Assembly: GCA_965203905.1 (NCBI GenBank)
Contig: CBDBDQ010000005.1
Coordinates: 7,584,001-7,648,000 of the forward strand
DNA from: Spirochaetia bacterium
GTDB taxonomy: Bacteria; Spirochaetota; Spirochaetia; SZUA-6; Bin103
DNA: 64,000 nucleotides
Direction of reading: 5' to 3'
A program made the translations under genes and the position numbers. The notes under the pieces are model-generated. The model was not told the origin of the DNA and did not search any database. It was given only the letters and a program-made list of their open reading frames with translations. How positions within the stretch are numbered: position 1 is the first letter of the stretch; every line of letters begins with the position of its first letter. Of this stretch, positions 49,116 through 58,130 are shown one piece after another.

Positions 49116-49988
49116 CTAAGATCGCTCGAGTCTGGCCCGGTCGGGCTGGCGGTTGAACTCCGGCGGCTCGACGGTTCCGCGATAATCCGGGATCACCGGC
49201 CGGATCTTGTCGAGCGCTTCCGGCGGCCACTCGGCGTGCTGGCGGTGGAACGCGTGGTGGATCCAGCTCTGCGTCGGTTCCTGCAGATCGTCGAACAGCG
49301 GGTGGAACCAGATCGTGATCACCGTCCGGTACTCGTCAGTGGCGTTGGCGTGGGTGGCGTGGAACAGTCGGGCGTCGCCCACCACCAGGTCTCCCGCCTG
49401 CACCGGCACGTCGACCTCCCCCGGGTAGTCGGCGAAGCGCGGGTCGTGCTCGTCGTCCATCCGGTTGATGTCCCGGGTGTGTGCCGTCCCCATCCCGTGG
49501 AGCTGGTGCCACCGGCGGTGGGTGCCGGGCAGCAGCCGCAGGCAGCCGTTCTCGCGCGAGGTGTCGTCAAGGTAGTACATCAGGAAGACCATCGGGGAAT
49601 AGTCGCTGTAGGCGCGCGGGTCGTCCCACCACATGCAGTCCTGGTGCCAGTAGAGTCGCGGGCTGGGCCCCGGCTTGCTGATGATGACCGCCTTCCAGAA
49701 CCTGCTGCCGCCGAATCCCATCGCCTCCAGCGCGGCCAACGCCCTCGGATTGCCGATGCATTCCGCCAGGCCCGGATGACGATTCGAGTTGATCAGCGTC
49801 CCCGGCGAGCGGGTAGCCTCGAGCTGCTCCTCGGACAGCTCGCCAACCGCCCGCATGGCGACCTCGCGGGTGTGCCGGACGGTGCCGGCGTCGAGCATGC
49901 CCTCGAGCACGCAGAAGCCTTCCTCGATCAGCTTCCTCCCCTTGCGATCGAAGCCGGTGGCAGGCGGGGCGCTACTAGCGGTACTCAC
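49116..49988 (-). CDS. PhyH family 2OG-Fe(II) oxygenase (copy 2)
   Basis: LYWHQD, NGCLRLLPGTH; collinear paralog of 44346..45227. Confidence 0.92.
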   Translation of the reverse strand: MSTASSAPPATGFDRKGRKLIEEGFCVLEGMLDAGTVRHTREVAMRAVGELSEEQLEATRSPGTLINSNRHPGLAECIGNPRALAALEAMGFGGSRFWKAVIISKPGPSPRLYWHQDCMWWDDPRAYSDYSPMVFLMYYLDDTSRENGCLRLLPGTHRRWHQLHGMGTAHTRDINRMDDEHDPRFADYPGEVDVPVQAGDLVVGDARLFHATHANATDEYRTVITIWFHPLFDDLQEPTQSWIHHAFHRQHAEWPPEALDKIRPVIPDYRGTVEPPEFNRQPDRARLERS

Positions 49989-50199
49989 TCATCCATCTTA
50001 CTGGTACTGGTCCGCGGCGTCGCTGCCCCCACCAAGCGAATGGGTTGACCACACTGACGAAGTATCTCCCTCATGATCACCAATTTGCCGATGCCTGTCG
50101 GGTTTCCGCACTCGTCTCCTCGAACAAGCAGCCGAACTCCTCCGCGGAGCCGCGCTTATTGATTTGACTGAACGACTCTACCCAACCATACTGACTCTC

Positions 50200-50424
50200 A
50201 TGGGAGTTCCAGCCACAACTGCCAAGACCTATCGGTACCGGTTCAAGGTCGACGGTCGGGTGATTCACCACGGCATTACCACCGACCTGCAGCGCCGCGA
50301 ACGCGAACACCAAAAGCGGTGGCCCGGTGGAACCATTGAGCAGGTCGGCCAACCCACATCCCACCGCGACGCCTGGGAGTGGGAGAGGAAACAGGCAGTA
50401 CCCGGCTCCGCCGCCGCCATTTGA
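50200..50424 (+). CDS. Small GIY-YIG-like protein (74 aa)
   Basis: TYRYRFK..VIHHGITTDLQRREREH..AWEWE; TTGACT-17-CATACT promoter 7 nt before ATG. Confidence 0.6.
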   Translation: MGVPATTAKTYRYRFKVDGRVIHHGITTDLQRREREHQKRWPGGTIEQVGQPTSHRDAWEWERKQAVPGSAAAI

Positions 50425-51228
50425 CCGGCGGCGGAGACCCTTCCAAGGCGCCGGGCCAGAACGTGCCGCGGTCAGCCCAGTCGAGCCATGTGTTCGTAAC
50501 CGGCGCCGGTTTCACGCGTGCCTTCGTTCCAGACGCGCCCCTTCTGGTCGACGATTTTCGACAACGACGGCCTTGTGGACAGAGTCCGTGGCCTGCCGAA
50601 CGCCAGCCGATTAATCGAGTGGGAGAGGAACCAGCACCCCGACGGATTCATCAACATTGAGCGACTGATGACCCGGCTCGACCAGCTCATGCCGTACGAC
50701 CTCAGCCAGAACGCCGACGACGAGTACCGATTCCTGCTCGCGGAACTCAAGCGGGCGTTTCTCTACCGTCTCTCACGCGCCAGGGAGGGGCAATTTGACA
50801 GAGACGCTTTCGACGCGTTCGCCAGCCACTGCGCCACCAATCAGTTCGACTGTGTCACCTTCAACTACGACGACTTCCTCGATGAAGCGCTCAGCGACAC
50901 CGGCCGGTGGACCCCGGTATGGACCCTCGCCTTCGAGACTCTGACCACAGCGAAGAAGGTCACCTTCATCGGCTACTCGTTCCCGTCCACAGACTTGGCT
51001 GCACGTACGCTCTTCTCCGAAGCACTGCGGGACTTGCCCCGCGAGAACATATGCGTAGTCGACTTGGCGACCGAAGAGGCCGACATCGTACGGTTCAAGA
51101 GCAGATACCGGGGCGTCCTCGGCGAGATTCCCGATCATCGGTTCTCATTCGACGGGGCTGGCCCATGGATTCGTACCTTGGTCGACGCGGTGACCGATCG
51201 GCACGGGTCGCCACCCAACCCGATCTAA
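50421..51228 (+). pseudogene. SIR2-like NADase, frameshifted and internally deleted
   Basis: FVTGAGF, TFNYD, FIGYSFP..D present; frameshift at TTTT near 50555; the usual KLHGS segment is absent. Confidence 0.7.
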
Positions 51229-51339
51229 CTTGTCTCCTAACTGGACAATCAAGACAAGGCTGCGCTGCGGCTGCCCACGTATCCGCGCTATGAAGTGCTG
51301 CCGACGCTGGCTCTGGTCCGGCGGCACGAATCGATAGCC

Positions 51340-51645
51340 ACCGCAATTCCCGGGACGAGAATCCCCGCATCTGCGGGAGTGCCTCCCGCAGGTCGTGCGA
51401 AAGGGGGTCGATGGTCCCGGCGCCCCAGCCTTCCTGCTCCTGGCGGCGAGGATCGCCTTGCCGATGTCCCAGTACAGCAGCACCATCGGCTGTTGGCGGC
51501 GAGCACAACGCGCACGCGTTCGGTGCGAATGCGCTCCTTGATCTCACCGAGCAGGGCCGCGTAGTCAGCGGGCAACTCTCCCTTTCCCGGGGCGCGGGGA
51601 TCGAAGCGCCCGTGCGCCGGCGGCCCATGGACTTTCGTTCCGTCA
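51340..51645 (-). pseudogene. DUF1016 (YhcG-like) N-terminal fragment with frameshifts
   Basis: YAALLGEIKERIR..AANS / LYWDIGKAIL / EGWGAG..LSHDLRE..RGFS in three frames. Confidence 0.75.
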
Positions 51646-51945
51646 CAGACGCCTCGTGGGGCAGCGGCTCCTGGTCGACGCAGGCAGCTTGACGTCGTTG
51701 CCGCGGTACACGCGTTCGCCGCAGATCACCACGCGCTTGGGATCCCACACGCCGGCGTGGTGGTCCACCACGTGGTAGCCGGCGGTGAGCGTCATCCGGG
51801 TGCCGTCGGTGCGGTTGCGGCCGGCGGCGTGCATCAGCATGCTTGTCGATGGCCAGCACGCCGCCTGTCGGCATCGGGATCGAAATGCGCTGTTCCAGGA
51901 GCCCGGAGGCGATCCACCACGGATCGTGTTCCGTAATCAGGCCGG
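51643..51945 (-). pseudogene. C-terminal remnant of a PhyH-like oxygenase
   Basis: PMPTGGVLAID / LMHAAGRNRTDGTRMTLTAGY. Confidence 0.55.
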
Positions 51946-51960
51946 GACTCGTTCGCGACC

Positions 51961-52530
51961 TATTATGCGGAGTTCGATCTGGACCGCGCCAACGCGCTGC
52001 TGGACGAGCTCGGGCTGGAGTGGGACAGCAATGACGAGTGGCGGCTGCGCCCCGACGGTGAAACCGCTCCTCCTGGAGGGGCTTTGGGTCGCCGAGTGGC
52101 TCGGCCTCATGGAAGACCTGATGGACCTGGTGAAGGAGCATTGGGCGCGGGTCGGGATTCGCATGGAGCCGAAGTTCGTCCCGGAAGAGCTCGGTTTCCA
52201 GCGTGCCCAGGCCAACGAAATCGACCTGATGATCGGTGAAACTGCCACCGTGTCCGAGTTCCGCGCGCGCCGCTCCGAGCCGATCACCCTGGTGCCGCCC
52301 TGGCACTGGGCAACCTGCTGCGCCATGTCGTCGGTACCATGGCGGCAGTGGCTGGACAGCGATGGCGCCGAGGGCATGGAGCCGCCCCAGGACATCAAGG
52401 AGATCTGGGACATCGCGGAGGCCAGGCGGTTGGAGAGCGCGGCACCGAGCGCTACCAGGAGCTGAGCCACCAGTTGATCCGCCGCAACGTCGAAGGCCAG
52501 TACTGCGTCGGCTTCGTTACATACGCGTGA
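51961..52530 (+). pseudogene. Fragment of a family-5 substrate-binding protein
   Basis: YAEFDLDRANALLDELGL..RLRPDG, WRQWLDSDGAEGMEPP; frameshifts. Confidence 0.7.
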
Positions 52531-52542
52531 ATTCGGGGGACG

Positions 52543-53154
52543 CTACCTGTCGGTCGAGTTGCGTGGCGGCAAGACCCAGTTCGCCTGCAACTCAAGGTCC
52601 GGCAACGCGGTGGGAGCCAGAGAGTCCCCCGGCAGAGAGCGGTGCACGATGCGGTAGCCCTTGGGACCAGGCTCGCGGTGGGACTCAATCTCGTCGTGCT
52701 GCAGATCGACGATCCACACCTCTCGGATACCGGATTCCGCGTACAGCGGCAGCTTGGGTTCGTGGTCGTACTTCAGCGAGGAGTCGGAGACTTCGATGAG
52801 GAGGAGTATGTCTTCCGGTTGAGGCGGCGCGAGGCGTAGCGGTCCTCCCGGTATGCCAGCAACATCACGTCAGGTTCCGGCTCCGAGATGTTGGAGGCGG
52901 CCATGGAATTCTGAACGTGTACCAGGGCACGTCCGGCCAAACGCTCGGTATTGAACGCTTCGTTCAACCGCAGAACGCAGGAACTGTGGCGAATACCGGC
53001 GGGCGACATGACGATGATCTCTCCTTCGATAAGCTCCAGACGCTCGTCCCGGACGCAGCACGCCCATCCTGCCCATGGCGTGGTAGTCCTCACGGGAGAA
53101 CAGCCTGCGCGCCCTTCCGGTAGCCGAAGCGACCTCGGTCCGCGTCGCGATCAT
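52543..53154 (-). pseudogene. Uma2 family gene with two frameshifts
   Basis: RRLFSREDYHAM / RLELIEGEI..EPEPDV / LLIEVSDSSLKYD..KLPLYA in three frames. Confidence 0.8.
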
Positions 53155-53366
53155 TTCACTATCGTACCATGGTCTTTAGGCGGTCGCGAACAACGGCAAG
53201 CGTCGGGCACGGCCAAGCGGGAAGCGACCGTTACTGGTACGGGGCCGCGGCGTCGCGCAGGCCGTCGCCAAGGACTACGCACCAGCGCCGGCACCGTGAC
53301 CAGGCGTCGCGGGTGCGCATTCCGAAGCATCCGGGGTGAAGAAACTACAAACGTCGTTGGGCGGCT

Positions 53367-53396
53367 ACTCCCGCCAACTCCCGCCAACTCCCGCCA
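53367..53396. repeat. Tandem repeat (ACTCCCGCCA)x3
   Basis: Three perfect 10-bp units. Confidence 0.8.
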
Positions 53397-53492
53397 GCGG
53401 CCGGACACGATGCGACGACGATTGATCCCGGTCGCCTCGACGGCGTGCGACGCGCGATCGCAGGCTACGGTCAGTCGGCTTGCGGTGGCAAT

Positions 53493-53514
53493 TATGTCGA
53501 ATCTGACATATAAT
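53493..53514 (+). promoter_or_regulatory. Inverted-repeat operator overlapping a TATAAT -10 box
   Basis: TATGTC-N6-GACATA overlapping TATAAT, upstream of an HTH gene. Confidence 0.6.
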
Positions 53515-53544
53515 TCGGACCTATGACGAAGTGAGGTGAGGCTG

Positions 53545-53895
53545 ATGAATGAAGCCAAGACCGGGAAGCTCGAAAAGGCCGGGTGGAAATTGGGAACTCC
53601 CAAGGAGTTCCTGGGGCTCACCGACGAAGAGGCCGCTCTGATAGAGATCAAGCTCGCCCTGGCCAGGGGAATCAAGGAGCGACGGCTCTCCCAGCGGCTC
53701 ACGCAGGCAGACCTCGCGAAGCAATTGAAATCGAGTCAATCGCGGATCGCCAAGATGGAAGCCACCGACGCGGCGGTGTCCATGGACTTCCTGGTCCGTT
53801 CGCTTCTCGTTCTCGGTGCGACGACTCAGGAAGTCGGACGGGTCATCGCAGGGAGTTCGGCAGTTCCGGTTGCCAGGATCACGTATGTCAGGTGA
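53545..53895 (+). CDS. XRE-family HTH antitoxin (orphan)
   Basis: LEKAGWKLG..EFLGL..LTQADLAKQLKSSQSRIAKME. Confidence 0.85.
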   Translation: MNEAKTGKLEKAGWKLGTPKEFLGLTDEEAALIEIKLALARGIKERRLSQRLTQADLAKQLKSSQSRIAKMEATDAAVSMDFLVRSLLVLGATTQEVGRVIAGSSAVPVARITYVR

Positions 53896-53959
53896 GGGCG
53901 CCGCCCAGCACGGCGACTTCGCCGCGGCGCGCGCGGTGGCGTTTGCCACGGAAGTCAGC

Positions 53960-54261
53960 GTATAGCGTGCATCGGCGTGCCCACCAGGCCGGCCAGCCCG
54001 TTGCGCAGTGGCTGGAATACGAGATTCCGTTGCGCCGCGTGCCGTTTTCGCACGGCGGCCACAACCGGGACTACAGCAACGCCCGCCACACCGTGTTCTC
54101 CGGCTACCGCAAGGCGCTCGCCTGGCTCGCCACCGGCCGGATCCCATTGGACGGCATGGTACGCCCCCGTCTCGCCGCGCGACGCGGCCGCCGTCTACCG
54201 CAGCCTGCAGCGCCGGGAGACCGAAGAGCTGTTCCTGATCTGGGACTGGACCGCGCTGTAG
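53960..54261 (+). pseudogene. C-terminal remnant, possibly of a zinc-binding dehydrogenase
   Basis: ALAWLATGRIPLDGM / SPRDAAAVYRSL..LIWDW*; no start, frameshift. Confidence 0.4.
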
Positions 54262-54266
54262 TTCCG

Positions 54267-55202
54267 CTATCGAACCGACCCTTCCACCTGGCCGCCGAGA
54301 TGACCCGTACCACCCCTGAGGCGCGGGTCCAGCAGGTCGCGCATGGCGTCGCCGAACATGTTGAGGCTGTACACGGTGAGCGTCAGGCAGAGACCGGGCC
54401 AGAGAGCAAGCCATGGCGCCATTTCCATGTACTGGCGCCCCTCCCTGCTGAGCATGCCTCCCCAGCTCGGAGTCTTCAATGGTAGACCGAACCCGAGGAA
54501 GCTCAGGGAAGCCTCAGAGATGATCACACCGCCGATGTTGATGCTGAATATGATGATTATGACTGGCGTAATATTGGGCAGGACATGACGCGTGAGTGTT
54601 CTCCATTTTGAGGAGCCAAGCGCCTCTGCGGCCTGAAAATAGATGTTTCCCTTGATGTCTATGACGGCGCCTCTCAACACTCTTGAGCCGCCGATGCCTC
54701 CTGCTATCCCGAGGACCATTATTATCTGTAGTATACCGCGCCCCACTAGAGACATTACGGTTAACAATATGAGCAGTCCCGGTAACGCCATCCAGGCATC
54801 GACAAATCTCTGCACAGCCAGGTCCAATTTACCGCCAAGGAATCCTGAAATGCCGCCTATCAGGACCGCCACCACGACATTAAGAGCGGTCGCAGACAGA
54901 CCGACTGCTAACGAAATACGAGCACCGTAGATAAGGCGACTCAAGAAGTCTCGCCCCAACTGGTCGGTCCCCAGCAGATACTTGGCTGATGAGCCCTGCA
55001 GCCTGTCTATCAAGTGTTGTTCCCAATATGGATATGGTGTTAGAACATCGGCAAAGATAGCTACCAGAGCCAATAGCAATATGATGATCCCGGCGCCAAT
55101 ACCCAGTGGCTTCTCGTTCCACATCCTGTTAAGGAAATTGGCCGGCAAGGAGCTTTTGTTTGGCTTATTTTGTACTGATGGTATCCCTATGGTGTTACTC
55201 AT
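54267..55202 (-). CDS. Family-5 ABC transporter permease (OppC/DppC-like)
   Basis: LGTDQLGRD, RHVLPN, EASLSFLG, GDAMRDLLDPR. Confidence 0.92.
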   Translation of the reverse strand: MSNTIGIPSVQNKPNKSSLPANFLNRMWNEKPLGIGAGIIILLLALVAIFADVLTPYPYWEQHLIDRLQGSSAKYLLGTDQLGRDFLSRLIYGARISLAVGLSATALNVVVAVLIGGISGFLGGKLDLAVQRFVDAWMALPGLLILLTVMSLVGRGILQIIMVLGIAGGIGGSRVLRGAVIDIKGNIYFQAAEALGSSKWRTLTRHVLPNITPVIIIIFSINIGGVIISEASLSFLGFGLPLKTPSWGGMLSREGRQYMEMAPWLALWPGLCLTLTVYSLNMFGDAMRDLLDPRLRGGTGHLGGQVEGSVR

Positions 55203-55212
55203 ACTCGCTCCT

Positions 55213-56172
55213 TCACTTATAGCGGACCCTGGGATCTATGAGAGGATACATCAGGTCTATCATTAGATTGATCCCGATAACCGCCGTGGCAAAAAACAGG
55301 TTTATTCCGGAGACCACCGGATAGTCTCTGTTATTGAGTGCCACCACCATGAGACGCCCTAACCCCGGCAAGTTGAAAATGTTCTCTATGATAACGGAGC
55401 CACCCACCAGGATAGGCAACGACATGCCGATCAGGGTAACTACCGGAATGAGGGCATTCTTGGTGGCGTGCCTCACAACCACTACCCTCTCACGGAGGCC
55501 CTTTGACCAGGCAGTCCTGATATAGTCCTGCCTGAGCACTTCAAGCATCATGGTGCGGGTCATCCGCATGGTGCTGGCGGACATGGCCGTCCCCAGAATC
55601 AGGCTGGGGATGATGAGCACCCCGAGATTTCCCAGCGGGTCTTCCGGGAAAGGTACCCACTCCATCGGGGGCGACCAGCCCCACCAGATTGCGGGGTAGA
55701 TCATGACCATGAGGGCGAGCCAGAAGTTGGGCGTTGCCAAGCCGAGAACGGCGGCGGTGCGTCCCAGGTAGTCAGCGGCTGTATCCTGTCGAATCGCCGA
55801 GTAGATGCCGACCGGCAGGGCTATCAGAAGCCCGATTACGATTGCCATGACACCAAGCTCGATGGTGACTGGCAGTCTGCCTATTATCCTCTCCTCTACC
55901 GTCCAACCGCCCCACAATGATTCGCCGAGGGTACCGTGCAGGAAGATATCTCCTAGCCAGCGTCCATACTGAACGTAGACAGGTACGTCTAAACCGAGCA
56001 GGCGCTCAATAGCTTCACGGTCTACATCTCCACCAGCGTCTAACTCCATTTTGTCCACCATTATGTCTATTACATCCCCGGGGATGAACCGGACCATGAA
56101 AAAGACTATGATGGTCAATATCCACAGTGTTGGGATTATCAGCAATAACCGCCTGATGCTATAGGCTCTCAT
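55213..56172 (-). CDS. Family-5 ABC transporter permease (OppB/DppB-like)
   Basis: QDYIRTAWSKGL, ENIFNLPGLG, DPRVRY. Confidence 0.92.
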   Translation of the reverse strand: MRAYSIRRLLLIIPTLWILTIIVFFMVRFIPGDVIDIMVDKMELDAGGDVDREAIERLLGLDVPVYVQYGRWLGDIFLHGTLGESLWGGWTVEERIIGRLPVTIELGVMAIVIGLLIALPVGIYSAIRQDTAADYLGRTAAVLGLATPNFWLALMVMIYPAIWWGWSPPMEWVPFPEDPLGNLGVLIIPSLILGTAMSASTMRMTRTMMLEVLRQDYIRTAWSKGLRERVVVVRHATKNALIPVVTLIGMSLPILVGGSVIIENIFNLPGLGRLMVVALNNRDYPVVSGINLFFATAVIGINLMIDLMYPLIDPRVRYK

Positions 56173-56277
56173 GGCACACTCATCACTGCTATTTCCCCGT
56201 CATTTCTTGGTCATTGAGGATTACGAGCCCGCCTTCGCGACCGTGACAATCTCGTCGCCCTGGGCGGGGGACGGGGC

Positions 56278-56316
56278 AGGGAACCGGGAGGCTTAAGCCG
56301 CCCGGCTCCCCTTTTC
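56278..56316. terminator. Stem-loop between SBP and permease
   Basis: GGGAACCGGGAGGC-TTAA-GCCGCCCGGCTCCC imperfect hairpin. Confidence 0.5.
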
Positions 56317-56345
56317 CTTGAGGTAGCCACGAGCAATGAACTCCC

Positions 56346-58130
56346 CTAATAGCCCATTGCTTCCTTCAGCTCACTATCAATCCAGAGGCGGGCCGAGACG
56401 AAATTCGGGTTGCCAAGCGCGTTCAACTCACCGTTGTAACCCTTGATCCACGGCTGGAACGCTTCAAAAAATGGATTTATCGGACCCCATATGGCCCAGT
56501 GCCTCTCTACCGGGTACATATCTGCCAACTTCGCCCACCGCTGCTGCTCCTCGATAGTGGTAGCGGCTGCGGCGGCGGCGAACAGGGCGTCATAATCCGG
56601 ATCGTTCGCTGCGACACTATTGGCTGCCGCAGTCGTCAGGAAGCGGTCCGGAGCACTCAGCGGATTAGCCAAGCTCCCATAGGCCATTTCGTGTGACAGC
56701 ATTTCGAAATCATAGTCTCTTCTCTTAGAGGCAAATGGACCTATCGGCGTCATCTGGACATCGACATCAATCCCAACGTCACGCCAGTATCCAGCGAGTA
56801 GTTCATAGTAGCTAGGATCGTACCGGTCCAGGACGGTATATACGCTGCTGAATCTGATCCCGTCAGCGCCGCGAGGTAATCCGGCCTCATCAAGCAGCGC
56901 TTCTGCCGCTTCCGGAGCATAGTCATACGCCTTCTTGAGCTCGGCGGACCACTCTTCAAACGGGACGAAATAGCCGATGGCACCATCCCCTTGCTGCCCG
57001 TGAGGTGTGGTATCTCCATAGCCCTTAAAAAAGACATTGTTGATTGTCTCAAGGTCCAGTGCCATCTGCATCGCCCTGCGCACCCTGATATCGTTAAAGG
57101 GCACCTTGTTTATGTTAAGACCAGTAGCACCGGTCGACGCACCGAGGATCGTCCGCAGCTCGATTTCGGGGTTGGTCCTCTCGAGACTCTCTGCCTGGTC
57201 GACGGACCTGAGTACACTGGCATAACCGAGAAAATCCACCTTACCCGAGCGCAGTGCCGCTACCCGGGTTGCCTCTTCCGGCATAATCGGGGTCCTTACC
57301 TCGTCAACATAAGGTAGCCGGTTTTCCGGAAATTTTTCGTCGTAGCCCCAGTAGTTAGGATTCCTGGTATAGGTTGTAACGGTTCCCTCGACGTAGCTAG
57401 TCAGCTCAAAGGGTCCGGTGCCGACCAGGTTCCTCCAATCACTAACGTCTCCGTGTTCCTTGATTACCTCGGGGGGGTATATTTGCCCAGCAATGTCGAA
57501 GAGGATAGCCCCCAGCGCATCCAGCCTTGTCTCCGCCAGCTTGAAAACGACCGTCCATTTGTCGGTGGCCGTTATCGATTCCCATTTGAAGTTCTTCAAA
57601 ACCCAAGCAAAGGCGCTAGGTTCGCTGAAGCCGCTGCCCGTACCCGTTACGCGGTGAAAGCTATATTCGACATCGTAGGCATCGAGCTCCCGACCGTTCA
57701 TCGGTGCCTTATCGTGCCAGTGAACGCCCTGGCGGATTTTGACGATAACGGTGTTGATGTCGGGCTGCGACCAGCTTTCCACGAGCTCCCCTTTCAGGGC
57801 AGATACCGGAGGGCGCGTCTCAAAGCCAAATTCGCTCCTGTCTAATCCCCAGTCCCCGTTCGCTAGCTTCTCCAAAACACCAGTGGTGAACATCCCATAC
57901 CATCCCGAAAGCATGACGTCAGGATTCGGACCCTCTTCATTCCAGGGGAGGGTTATGGTCCCGCCATACTCCGGCGCGGTAACCATCTCGCCGGTGGTGG
58001 GGTCGGTCACCATTTCCTTGTCGACGGCGGCTGCTGGCTCCTCTTCTGCGCCAGCGGCCCAGAGGCCGGTTGCGGTCAGAACCAGGACCAACGCGACCGC
58101 GCAGGTCCTCGTAATGTGTACAATAAGCAT
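56346..58130 (-). CDS. ABC transporter substrate-binding protein, family 5
   Basis: Signal peptide, PEYGGTI, GVHWHDK..GRE, VGTGPF, NPNYWG, PFNDIRVRRA. Confidence 0.92.
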   Translation of the reverse strand: MLIVHITRTCAVALVLVLTATGLWAAGAEEEPAAAVDKEMVTDPTTGEMVTAPEYGGTITLPWNEEGPNPDVMLSGWYGMFTTGVLEKLANGDWGLDRSEFGFETRPPVSALKGELVESWSQPDINTVIVKIRQGVHWHDKAPMNGRELDAYDVEYSFHRVTGTGSGFSEPSAFAWVLKNFKWESITATDKWTVVFKLAETRLDALGAILFDIAGQIYPPEVIKEHGDVSDWRNLVGTGPFELTSYVEGTVTTYTRNPNYWGYDEKFPENRLPYVDEVRTPIMPEEATRVAALRSGKVDFLGYASVLRSVDQAESLERTNPEIELRTILGASTGATGLNINKVPFNDIRVRRAMQMALDLETINNVFFKGYGDTTPHGQQGDGAIGYFVPFEEWSAELKKAYDYAPEAAEALLDEAGLPRGADGIRFSSVYTVLDRYDPSYYELLAGYWRDVGIDVDVQMTPIGPFASKRRDYDFEMLSHEMAYGSLANPLSAPDRFLTTAAANSVAANDPDYDALFAAAAAATTIEEQQRWAKLADMYPVERHWAIWGPINPFFEAFQPWIKGYNGELNALGNPNFVSARLWIDSELKEAMGY

